Shown here one piece after another: positions 1-8,157 of a stretch of DNA of 64,000 nt. The DNA is from Minicystis rosea. Its GTDB lineage: Bacteria; Myxococcota_A; Polyangia; Polyangiales; Polyangiaceae. Every line of letters starts with the position of its first letter. The stretch's first letter is position 1. The stretch is taken from contig CP016211.1 of assembly GCA_001931535.1 (NCBI GenBank), forward strand, positions 4,247,573-4,311,572, read 5' to 3'. The position numbers and the translations under genes were made by a program. The notes below the pieces were generated by a model. The model searched no databases, had not been told where the DNA came from, and worked only from the letters and a program-made list of their open reading frames with translations.

Positions 1-2818
1 CGAGCCCCAGACCCACGTACGATCCGCTCTGCACGCCCTGGCCCGGCACGCGATAGAAGCGCTCGAAGATGTGGGACAGTTGCTCGGCGGCGATGCCGGC
101 CCCCTCGTCGCGGACCGTCACGATCGCTTCCTGGCTCGACGCGCGCAGCGCCAGCGTGACCGGCCGATCCGGCGCCGAGTACTTGAACGCATTGGAGAGC
201 AGGTTGGACACCACTTCGCCGATGCGCTCGTCGTCCGCGACGGCGAGGACGGGCGCGTCGGGCAGCTCGAGCGAAAGCGCTCTCCGCGTGACCATCGACT
301 GCTCGGCCGCGGCGCTGCGGCAAACCTCGCCGAGATCGCAGGGCCGCTTCCGCACCGCGATCTGGCCACCGACGATCGCCGAGACGTTCAACATGTCCTC
401 GACCAAACGCGTCAGCCGATCGATCGACGTGTTCAGCTTCATGATCCGCGCACCGAGGACGGGATCGATCTTGTCGACCTTGTGCTGGACGAGCTGGACG
501 TTGAGCTTGAGGCACGTGAGCGGCGTCCGCAGCTCGTGGGACGCGAGCCCGAGGAAGACGTCCTTGAGCCTGGACTCGGCGGCATCGCGCCGCGCGCGCG
601 CGAGCTCCAAATGCGTACGCACGCGAGCCAAGAGCTCGCGGGCACCGAAGGGTTTCACGAGGTAGTCGTCGGCGCCCGAGCCGAGCGCCTCCACGGCGGC
701 GTCGTTGCCTCCACGTGCCGACAGGAGGATGACCGGGATGCTGGAAGTCCTCGAATCGTTGCGGAGCTCGTGCACCAGGCGAAGACCATCGAGCTCGGGC
801 ATGATGATGTCCGATAGGATCAGCGCCGGCGGATTCGCTTCCGCGCGCGCGAGGGCGACCGCGCCGTCCGGCACCGCCTCGACCTCGTAGATCGGTGCGA
901 GGAGCCGGACCAAATAGTCGCGCATCTCGGGATCATCCTCGGCGACGAGGATGCGCCCTGCGCCGGCGCTCCGCGCGGCGGCCGGCGCGGGCTCCAACGG
1001 CTCCGCGGGCCAGGCGAGCACATCGTTCGCGATCGACGCCGCGCGCGGCGGGCGGTTGGCCGACGACGTCGCCGCGACGGTGCGCTCCGGCGGCAAATGC
1101 CCCTTGCCTCGCGGGATCTCGATCACGAATGTCGTGCCCTGCCCCGGCGCGCTCTGCACGTGGATCGACCCTTTGTGGAGCCGGACAATCTGCTTCACCA
1201 GCGCGAGCCCGATGCCCAGGCCCTCCGCGTTCCGCGCCCGCGCATGGGGCACGCGATAGAAGCGCTCGAACAGGCGCGGCAGCGCGTCGGCGGGGATGCC
1301 CGTGCCGGTGTCGCGGACCGTGAGGCGCACGCGGTTGTCGAGCGCGCACAACCTCACCTCGATCGCTCCCTCGAAGGTGAATTTGAGCGCGTTCGAGACG
1401 AGGTTGAAGATGACTTGCTCCCACATGTTCGGAGCCACGAAGACTGGCTCGGGCAGCGATGGACAATCGATCGTGAGACCGAGCCCGGCCCGCGTCGCCG
1501 CCGGCTCGAACGCGCGCGCCGCCTCGCGCGTGAGGCCGGCGAGGTCGGTCGGCTCGTAGACGACCTTCACGCGGCCCACGTCGACCCGCGCGAAATCGAG
1601 CAGGGCCTCGACCTCGCGCATCAGTCGGTGGGCGTTGCGACGGACGCGATCGAGCTCGGCCCGCAGCGTCGGCGTGAGCGGCTCGGCGCCATCGGCGAGC
1701 ATGTCCTCGACCGGCCCGAGGATGAGCGTGAGCGGCGTGCGGAGCTCGTGGCCGACGTGGGTCAAGAACATCGTCTTCGCGCGGTCGAGCTCGAGCAGCG
1801 ACTCCGCGCGCCGGCGCGTCTCTTCCTGACGGCGCACGTCGACGAGCGCCGTCGCGATCTCGCGCGCGACGCGGCGCAGGAAGCAGCGGTATCCTTCGTC
1901 GAACGCGTTGACCGGGCTCAAGCCCGCGACCAGCGCGCCCAACGCGCGATCCTGCGCCGAGCAGGCCACGGGCACGACGACGGCGGACTGCGGCGCGCTG
2001 CCAAGCGCGATCGCGCTCAGCGACAGCGCATCTTCCTCGAAGCGGACCACGGCCATCTCGCCCGTCGCGATCACGCGGCCGACATCCCACTCACTCGAAG
2101 CGTCGTCCCGGAGATCCATCTTGCGGAAGCGCTCCGGCGCGTCGCCTGCGAGCCCCACGTCGGCACGGAGGGACGCCGTCGCCTTGCGCCGGTCGCGGAG
2201 ATACAGGAGCGCGAACGGGATGTCCTTGCTCGCCGCGGAGAGCGCGGCCTCGATGCGGCGGTGGAGATCGCTTTCGCTCCGAGCCGCGCCGAGCTCCTCG
2301 GCGAGCACGCGGAGCATGCGCTCACGCCGCTCGCTCACGACCGAGGCGGTCGTCTCGATGCCACAGGCGAGCGCACCAGAGACGCGTCCGTCGTCGTCCG
2401 TGATCGCGCTGAACGAGATTGAAGTGCTGATCTCCTCGATCTGCCCGCCGCGCTCGACGCGCAGCGAGAGATCCTTTCCGGTCACCGGTTGCCCCGTGTG
2501 CCACACGTGCGCGAGCGCCCACCCGAGGATGTCCCAGATCTCGGGCCACACCTCGCGCACCGTGAGACCGAGCGCCGTGGGATGCTTCTCGCCCAGGAAC
2601 GGGATGTACGCGTCGTTGTAGATCACGCGCGCGCTCGTCGGCGCCGAGCCCAGCATCAAGCAGAGCGGGAAGCCGCTTCCGAGCACCATCCGCACGGGGA
2701 CGGCGAGGCTCGCCGGCCAACCTTCGATGGGCCCGAGCGGCGTCGCCGACCAATCCAGCGAAGCCAAGAGCGCGCCGGTGGTGCCTGCGTGCGCGACGGC
2801 GGCCCGGAGATCCGTCAT
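1..2818 (-). CDS. Hybrid sensor histidine kinase, C-terminus truncated by the window start. Domain order is PAS/GAF sensor, HisKA, HATPase_c, REC, then a second HisKA and a partial second HATPase_c.
   Basis: Minus frame is open from the ATG at 2818 to the window start. H-box 1 reads FLTHVGHELRTPL (about 1700-1760). G-box 1 reads ERFYRVPHARARNAEGLGIGLA (about 1200-1290). REC reads RILVAEDDPEMRD...LILSDIIMPELDG (about 700-955). H-box 2 reads ASHELRTPLTCLKL (about 500-545). The second ATP-lid reads SHIFERFYRVPGQGVQSGSYVGLGL (1-80). The ORF track shows no complete ORF in this frame, consistent with a single ORF open at the edge. Confidence 0.8.
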   Translation of the reverse strand, partial: MTDLRAAVAHAGTTGALLASLDWSATPLGPIEGWPASLAVPVRMVLGSGFPLCLMLGSAPTSARVIYNDAYIPFLGEKHPTALGLTVREVWPEIWDILGWALAHVWHTGQPVTGKDLSLRVERGGQIEEISTSISFSAITDDDGRVSGALACGIETTASVVSERRERMLRVLAEELGAARSESDLHRRIEAALSAASKDIPFALLYLRDRRKATASLRADVGLAGDAPERFRKMDLRDDASSEWDVGRVIATGEMAVVRFEEDALSLSAIALGSAPQSAVVVPVACSAQDRALGALVAGLSPVNAFDEGYRCFLRRVAREIATALVDVRRQEETRRRAESLLELDRAKTMFLTHVGHELRTPLTLILGPVEDMLADGAEPLTPTLRAELDRVRRNAHRLMREVEALLDFARVDVGRVKVVYEPTDLAGLTREAARAFEPAATRAGLGLTIDCPSLPEPVFVAPNMWEQVIFNLVSNALKFTFEGAIEVRLCALDNRVRLTVRDTGTGIPADALPRLFERFYRVPHARARNAEGLGIGLALVKQIVRLHKGSIHVQSAPGQGTTFVIEIPRGKGHLPPERTVAATSSANRPPRAASIANDVLAWPAEPLEPAPAAARSAGAGRILVAEDDPEMRDYLVRLLAPIYEVEAVPDGAVALARAEANPPALILSDIIMPELDGLRLVHELRNDSRTSSIPVILLSARGGNDAAVEALGSGADDYLVKPFGARELLARVRTHLELARARRDAAESRLKDVFLGLASHELRTPLTCLKLNVQLVQHKVDKIDPVLGARIMKLNTSIDRLTRLVEDMLNVSAIVGGQIAVRKRPCDLGEVCRSAAAEQSMVTRRALSLELPDAPVLAVADDERIGEVVSNLLSNAFKYSAPDRPVTLALRASSQEAIVTVRDEGAGIAAEQLSHIFERFYRVPGQGVQSGSYVGLGL

Positions 2819-2845
2819 GGCCCAGCTCCACCGGAGCGGCCGCCC

Positions 2846-4036
2846 TCAAGCACCGGGCTGGAGGATGACTTTCGCGAAGCCATCGACGCGCCTGCTGAGC
2901 TTGGCGTAGGCCTCGGGCGCCTCTTCGAGGGGCACCCGATGGGTCACGACGAAGCTCGGGTGAGCCTGCCCCGAGACGACGAGATCGCGCAGGCCGCTGC
3001 AATAGCGCTTCACGGGCGTCTGGCCAGTCCCGAACGAGATCCCTTTTTCCCAGAGCTTGCCGAAGGAGATCTGGATCTCGCCCTTCTTGGCGTGCGGGTT
3101 GACCCCTCCGGGATCCTGCGGAACGTAGAGGCCGACGATGCCGATGTGTCCGGTCGGGTTGACGAGCCGGATGAGGTCCTCGATGACGCGATTCGGCTGC
3201 TCCGTGCCCGGATGCTCCCAGCTCATCGCTTGAAAGCCGACCGCCTCCACACCGCACATCACGCCGAGCATCTTGTCGCCCGCGCTGCTCGCGGCCGTTT
3301 CGCCCTCTCGCCGTCGCCGCGTGGCGACGATCTGCTCCACCGGATCCTTCCGCGAGAAGTCGATCGCCATGGCGCCCAGCGCCTCGGCCTTCGCCAGCCG
3401 ATCCGGGATGTAGTCGACGACGTAGATCTCGGTCGCACCGCGGAGGCGCGCACAGTACGCCGCCAGCAGCCCCACGGGCCCAGCGCCGAAGACGGCGACC
3501 GTCGTCCCGGGCCCGACGGCGGCGAGATCCGCTCCGAAGCAGCCGGTCGGAAAGACGTCTGCGAGCAGGACGAAGTCGTCCTCCCAACGGTCTCCCGGCT
3601 CTCCCGGCAGCGGTTGGCAATTCGTGTCGGCGAACGGGACGCGCAGATACTCCGCCTGCCCGCCGCGATAAGGGCCCATGCCGACATAACCGTACGCGCC
3701 GCCGTGCGCCTCGGGATTGACGTTGAGGCAGGCTGCCGTGTACCCGCGAACGCAATTGAAGCACGTCCCGCAGGAGATGTTGAAAGGCATCACCACCCGG
3801 TCGCCTTTCCGGACCTTCGTGACCTCCGGACCGACCTCCTCGACGACACCGAGCGGTTCGTGCCCGAGCACCGTGCCTGGCCGGACTGCCGTGCGCCCGT
3901 CGTACATGTGGAGATCACTCCCGCAAATGGCCGCCGAAGTGATCCGTATGATGGCGTCGGTCGGTTGCTCGATGACGGGATCCGGCACCTCCTCGACACA
4001 AACCGAGAAGGGCCCTCGATACACCACCGCTTTCAT
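2846..4036 (-). CDS. fdhA: Glutathione-independent formaldehyde dehydrogenase (Zn-dependent alcohol dehydrogenase family).
   Basis: Translation from the internal Met MKAVVYRG carries CGSDLHMY, GHEPLGVV, the structural-Zn Cys cluster CGTCFNCVRG, GGAYGYVGMGPYRGGQAEY, the GAGPVGL Rossmann motif and HTGQTPV. This matches P. putida FdhA closely. The upstream 113 codons of the track ORF are Arg-rich junk. Confidence 0.85.
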   Translation of the reverse strand: MKAVVYRGPFSVCVEEVPDPVIEQPTDAIIRITSAAICGSDLHMYDGRTAVRPGTVLGHEPLGVVEEVGPEVTKVRKGDRVVMPFNISCGTCFNCVRGYTAACLNVNPEAHGGAYGYVGMGPYRGGQAEYLRVPFADTNCQPLPGEPGDRWEDDFVLLADVFPTGCFGADLAAVGPGTTVAVFGAGPVGLLAAYCARLRGATEIYVVDYIPDRLAKAEALGAMAIDFSRKDPVEQIVATRRRREGETAASSAGDKMLGVMCGVEAVGFQAMSWEHPGTEQPNRVIEDLIRLVNPTGHIGIVGLYVPQDPGGVNPHAKKGEIQISFGKLWEKGISFGTGQTPVKRYCSGLRDLVVSGQAHPSFVVTHRVPLEEAPEAYAKLSRRVDGFAKVILQPGA

Positions 4037-4283
4037 GGCTCGTTCGCAGCACCCGTTGGGCTGCGCTTCCCCCTTCCTTCCGAGCATCGAGCATACCCCG
4101 AGCCACACACGGCACACGCACGCGACCGGCCTCATCCATCCAGGCCAGATACCGAGCGATGGAGCCCAACACCGTCGTCCCCCCTCGTGTCGTGGCCTCA
4201 CCTCGATGCTCTGCACGGCATCGTCAATCCAGGCTTTCCGAAGGTCGATACAATTGCCATTCTCCCGAGCCCAGCGAGACCTC

Positions 4284-4541
4284 ATGAAGACGAAACCCGC
4301 TCGAGATACGCTCACCCGCGCTCGCAATCCGATGCCCGCCTTCGTGCGCCGCGCCCTCGTGGAGCGCGCGCTCATGGATGCTTATCGCGGCCGCCCTCGC
4401 TATCAGCAGAACGACTATCTCGGGTGGATCGCGCGCGCCAAGCTCGACGCGACGAAGCAACGGCGGCTCGAGCAGATGCTGGACGAGCTCGCGCGCGGCG
4501 ACTGCTACATGAACATGCGCTGGAGCCCGGTGCGCCCCTGA
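4284..4541 (+). CDS. YdeI/OmpD-associated family small protein (about 85 aa).
   Basis: MKTKPARDTLTRARNPMPAFVRRALVERALMDAYRGRPRYQQNDYLGWIARAKLDATKQRRLEQMLDELARGD is the characteristic YdeI-family C-terminal signature. ATG at 4284. The rest of track ORF 3717..4541 upstream is antisense junk of fdhA. Confidence 0.55.
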   Translation: MKTKPARDTLTRARNPMPAFVRRALVERALMDAYRGRPRYQQNDYLGWIARAKLDATKQRRLEQMLDELARGDCYMNMRWSPVRP

Positions 4542-4634
4542 CGACGAGGGCGACGGCGCGCGGCGTCTTTCCTCTGCACGACGCCTGAGGACATGCGCTA
4601 GCGTATCGCCGCTCTTCACCGCCGAGGTGCCCGC

Positions 4635-6371
4635 GTGTCGCTTCACCATCGCTTCTTCGCGCCGACCGATGTCGTGTCCGATTTGCAGTGGGCCAAAGCT
4701 CGTTTGCTCGATCCGAGCGCGCCCGACGACGAGCGATCCCACGGCCGCGTGCACGACCTCGAGCTGATGCGGCGCTGGTCGGGGAGCGGGCGGCGGCCTG
4801 CTCGCGGCGGCCTCTTCTGTCAGGTGATCTTCGGGCCCATCGAGCCGCTCTCGTGCGCCTGCGGCGCGCTCCGCGGTCGAGCGCACGACGGCGAGACATG
4901 CGCAGAGTGCAGTGTCCTCTGCACCACGGCCGCGCTGCGGAGCCGGCGTCACGGCCACATCGAGGTGCGGGGCGTTCTTCATCCAGCGCTCGTCCCGCGC
5001 ATCGCCGAGACCCTGCGTTTGCCGCCCGGTCAGGTGTGGTCGATCGCGCGCGCCGAAGCATGGTTGGGAAGCGACGGCGTGCATGTCGTCGCGGATGGAG
5101 ATGATCCTCCGGACGGCGCCGCCACCGGCCCCGAAGCTCTGCGCGACGCGCTGCTCCGCGCGGGCGCCGATGCGCTGGCGGAGGTCGCAGTCCTCCAAGC
5201 CATCCCCGTGCCGCCGCCGAGCCTCCGGCCGTTCACCGGCGCGCTCAGCAAGGCCATGATCGATCCTTGGATTGGCCCGCTCAACGAGGCTTGGAGGGGG
5301 CTATTGATCGAGGCTGGCCAGCAGCAGAGGCTCGCCGAAATCGCGCCGCCGATGTTCGTGCACGACGCCCAACGCAAAGTGCAGGAGCTGTTCGCCACCG
5401 TCGTCCGCATGACGGTCTCACCGCCACCGCCGGCGCCCCCATGGCCCGCGTCCCGCGCTCCCGCGACGCCGCTCCCGCTGCAGCCGACGCCGGAGAACAT
5501 TCCAGAGGGTCTCTCGACGGACATCGTCTCGGTGCTCTTCGTCGACGAAGATCGCTTGTTCATCCAGCGCCCCCGCGGGTCGTGGCTCGTCACCACCAAG
5601 GGTGAAACCCTGGCCCAGTTTCCAACCTGTGGCCGAATCGCCACCAGCGTCCACGGATCGCGGATCCGCATGTCCTCGTGGATTGGGCAAGAGTGGGATT
5701 GGCTCCCCGACGGCGCGGAGCCCGACGTGCCGCAGACGAGCCTCGCCGTGCTCGATCTCGATACGGGACGATATCTCACCGACTACCCAACCGATCTCCC
5801 CCAACGCATCCTCGAAAACCATCAACCCGAGGATCTCGTGGCGGGGAGCGCGGGCGGTGAAGACGAGAGCATCCCGCTCCGGTGGGGTGGTGATCGGCCC
5901 GGTGTTTTGGCCGCAACCCGCGATGGATGCTTTGCCTGGGTCGGCGAGGGAGACGACGTCGCGGTCCTCGATCTCGACACCGGAGCGCCGGTTTTGGATC
6001 CGGTGATGCAAGGCTACTTCACGGAGGATGATCCGGTGTTGTCGCTCTCGTCCGACGAGGAGGCGGTGCGCAGCGACGGCGACGGCCACGAGACGGCCAC
6101 CGCCTTGGGAATCACGCCCGACAATGGGCTTCGCCTGCTTCACGACACAGGTGTGGTCAGCGACGGCGAGCGCCTGTGGTTCCGCATCGATGCCATGATC
6201 CTCGCGGCGGGCTTCAGCCCGAGCGCCGATGGCCTCGCGGTGGCCGTGGGGGACGAGATCGTGCTGCTCTCGGTGGCCGCCGATCCCGCAGTGCGCGGTC
6301 GCTTCCCTGCGCCCGGGCGCGAGGATGCGGGAGAAGGTTCACCGTCGGAAGATGATTCCAACGATGATTGA
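4635..6371 (+). CDS. Protein with an N-terminal domain homologous to the RNA polymerase beta-prime (RpoC) N-terminal Zn-binding/zipper region, fused to a PQQ/WD-like beta-propeller-like C-terminal region.
   Basis: GGLFCQVIFGPIEPLSCACGALRGRAHDGETCAECSV...RRHGHIEVRGVLHPALVPRIAETL aligns with E. coli beta-prime [38 protein letters not shown]...[29 protein letters not shown]. All four Zn Cys are kept. The C-terminal part has repeated VLDLDTG blocks and normal amino-acid composition. GTG start with no obvious SD. Confidence 0.6.
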   Translation: MSLHHRFFAPTDVVSDLQWAKARLLDPSAPDDERSHGRVHDLELMRRWSGSGRRPARGGLFCQVIFGPIEPLSCACGALRGRAHDGETCAECSVLCTTAALRSRRHGHIEVRGVLHPALVPRIAETLRLPPGQVWSIARAEAWLGSDGVHVVADGDDPPDGAATGPEALRDALLRAGADALAEVAVLQAIPVPPPSLRPFTGALSKAMIDPWIGPLNEAWRGLLIEAGQQQRLAEIAPPMFVHDAQRKVQELFATVVRMTVSPPPPAPPWPASRAPATPLPLQPTPENIPEGLSTDIVSVLFVDEDRLFIQRPRGSWLVTTKGETLAQFPTCGRIATSVHGSRIRMSSWIGQEWDWLPDGAEPDVPQTSLAVLDLDTGRYLTDYPTDLPQRILENHQPEDLVAGSAGGEDESIPLRWGGDRPGVLAATRDGCFAWVGEGDDVAVLDLDTGAPVLDPVMQGYFTEDDPVLSLSSDEEAVRSDGDGHETATALGITPDNGLRLLHDTGVVSDGERLWFRIDAMILAAGFSPSADGLAVAVGDEIVLLSVAADPAVRGRFPAPGREDAGEGSPSEDDSNDD

Positions 6372-6496
6372 CGGACTCGCCCGCCATCGCCGGCGCGCGG
6401 GCGCGCGTACGGACCGAGCGCACGCTGTGGACGATCGTGGATCGATGGCGCGCGGTCCGTGATATCGTCGCCGCCGCCATTCGAGGAGGCGCCCCG

Positions 6497-7081
6497 GTGA
6501 TTCGACGCATTGGTGCAGTGGCGATTGCGACCCTGTACATGGCCGTGAGCTGTGCACGTGGAACCGAGCTGGGGCCGGGCGGCGGCGGCGCGGGAGGCGC
6601 AGGCGGAAGCACGACGAGCTCGTGGTCGACGGGGTCGACGAGCTCGTCGAGCTCCAGCACCAGCGCGGTCTCGAGCTCGTCGAGCTCCAGCAGCTCGTCG
6701 AGCTCCAGCAGCTCGTCTTCCTCGAGCTCCAGCTCCTCCAGCTCGAGCAGCGGTACCGTCGACGCCGGCTCCCCCACTGGATTCGGCCCCTGCGTCACCG
6801 CAGCGGAGGTCGCGGCGCAAAGCACTCAGCTGTTGCAAGTCGGGTTCTGCTTCAACCCGTTTGCGTGCTTCCTCTGCGCTGACGATGCGGTGAATCCAGG
6901 CGACATCGTGTGCAGCCCCGCCTGTGTCTGCGCGGCGCTCCCGCCTTTCTGCGAGAGCGACGCGGGCACCGACGCGCCCGATGACGCTCCCGCCGACGCG
7001 CCCGATGATGCTCCGGTCGATGCCCCCGACGACGCATCGATCACCCTCGATGCCGGCGCCCCGGACGACGCCGGCCCGTGA
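6497..7081 (+). CDS. Secreted lipoprotein with a poly-Ser linker, a Cys-rich domain and a DAPDDAP-repeat tail.
   Basis: A GGAGG Shine-Dalgarno sits 6 nt before GTG 6497. The signal and lipobox read IRRIGAVAIATLYMAVSC. A 40-residue poly-Ser is encoded by a tandem agctcgtcgagctccagc DNA repeat (6640-6770). Eight Cys occur in about 60 aa. The longer track ORF starting at 6368 has no signal-peptide logic. Confidence 0.5.
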   Translation: MIRRIGAVAIATLYMAVSCARGTELGPGGGGAGGAGGSTTSSWSTGSTSSSSSSTSAVSSSSSSSSSSSSSSSSSSSSSSSSSSSGTVDAGSPTGFGPCVTAAEVAAQSTQLLQVGFCFNPFACFLCADDAVNPGDIVCSPACVCAALPPFCESDAGTDAPDDAPADAPDDAPVDAPDDASITLDAGAPDDAGP

Positions 7082-7234
7082 CGGCGATCCGACCGGCATG
7101 AAGGGATGACGACGCCGGCGGCCTTCGCTGGGTCGTGCGGCAAAGGCCCCTTCGCGATGATGATCGGAAACGGCCGGCATCGTCGCGTGTCGACGCCGTC
7201 GGGCGTGCTCTCAATCCAAAGGAAGGAAAAGCGA

Positions 7235-7452
7235 TGACGAGGTCGGCGCGGTTGCCCCAACGGCACCTCGGGGCGCTCCCAATCGCAGGTTGCGCGCCGT
7301 CTCCAGCCATGGGCGACATCGCCGAACAGCGACGGAGAAACATGCGTCCCGCCCTCCGGCAAGAGCAGATCGGAGCACGCCATCGACATCGACGCTTCGA
7401 CTTCATTCGACGCTCGAAAGCACATCACGTCGCCGTCGAGCTCGTCCCCTGA
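7235..7452 (+). CDS. Possible small lipoprotein ORF (72 aa) with a strong SD; low confidence.
   Basis: AAGGAAGGAAAAGCG precedes the ATG. The N-terminus MTRSARLPQRHLGALPIAGC has a lipobox-like LPIAGC. The remainder is Arg-rich, so it may be spurious. Confidence 0.25.
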
Positions 7453-7552
7453 AACGTAGATGCAGGGCCGGTCGACAAGCGACGATTCGCTGCCGTAACG
7501 TAACACCCACTATCCAAGCGGGGACTCGGGCGGCGCTCGGGCGGGGGACGAC

Positions 7553-7954
7553 ATGCAACGCTTCTCGTGGAAGTGCCACGGACCTCTTCTGCCCATGCTC
7601 GCGGCCCTCCAGCCGTATCATTGCCTCGCCGAGGCGCAGCTCGCCGACGTGCTGCTCGCCGAGGCGCGCATCGACGAAGCGCTGGAGCACGCATCCTCCG
7701 CGGCCGCGCGCCTCGAAACGTTAGGCACGATCGACGAGGGCGAGAGCCTCGTGCGCGTGGTCTACGCGGAGGCCTTGCGCGAAAACGGCGACGATGTCGG
7801 TTTCCGTGCCGCGCTCGCCACCGCACACGCACGGCTGCTCACGCGCGCCGCGCGCTTCCATCAAGACGCTGAGCGGCGCCGCTTTCCGGAGAACATCCCC
7901 GAGAACGCGCGTACCCTCGCGCTCGTCTCGCGCTGGTCGTCGTCGGCAGCCTGA
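7553..7954 (+). pseudogene. Gene remnant encoding only the C-terminal about 130 aa of a paralog of the kinase/AAA/TPR protein at 34343..38239.
   Basis: LGTIDEGESLVRVVYAEALRENGDDVGFRAALATAHARLLTRAARFHQDAERRRFPENIPENARTLAL parallels the C-terminus of the 1298-aa kinase, LGSIEDGEALVRLVHVEALAASGDREAFSRAATLARRRLLARAARIGDPAWRERFLTAVPENAQTLVL. There is no upstream kinase/AAA coding sequence. Confidence 0.45.
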
Positions 7955-8157
7955 CCCGGGCGCGGCTCGCGGCGCGTCGTGGAGCGCGGCCCGTCCTCGG
8001 GTGATTCGCGCGTCGCGGCCCGAGCGGAAGCTCGGCGTTGCGCGCGGCGAGCCTCCGATCAATAACGGGCCGCCCCGGGAGGCGCACGAGGGGCCGTCAT
8101 GTGGTGCACCGTGAAGACTGAGGAGCGTTCGGGAAAGCGGCCGCGGAGAGCGGGCGC

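Noticed and set aside
933-2422. ORFs 933..2090 (-) and 1097..2422 (+) inside the hybrid kinase region.
   Set aside because: Checking codon positions (for example, RILVAED at 938-955) shows the real kinase frame is a third frame that is open to the window edge. These two are frame-shifted or antisense Arg-rich artefacts.
2489-4588. A 699-aa plus-strand ORF, plus ORF 2322..3764 on the minus strand.
   Set aside because: They are antisense or out of frame relative to fdhA and the hybrid kinase N-terminus. They are Arg-rich with no domains.
6140-7180. A 346-aa minus-strand ORF overlapping the poly-Ser lipoprotein.
   Set aside because: Its composition is Gly/Ala/Arg-rich with GARRAAGARRA runs. 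The plus-strand ORF has an SD, a lipobox and a Cys-rich domain.
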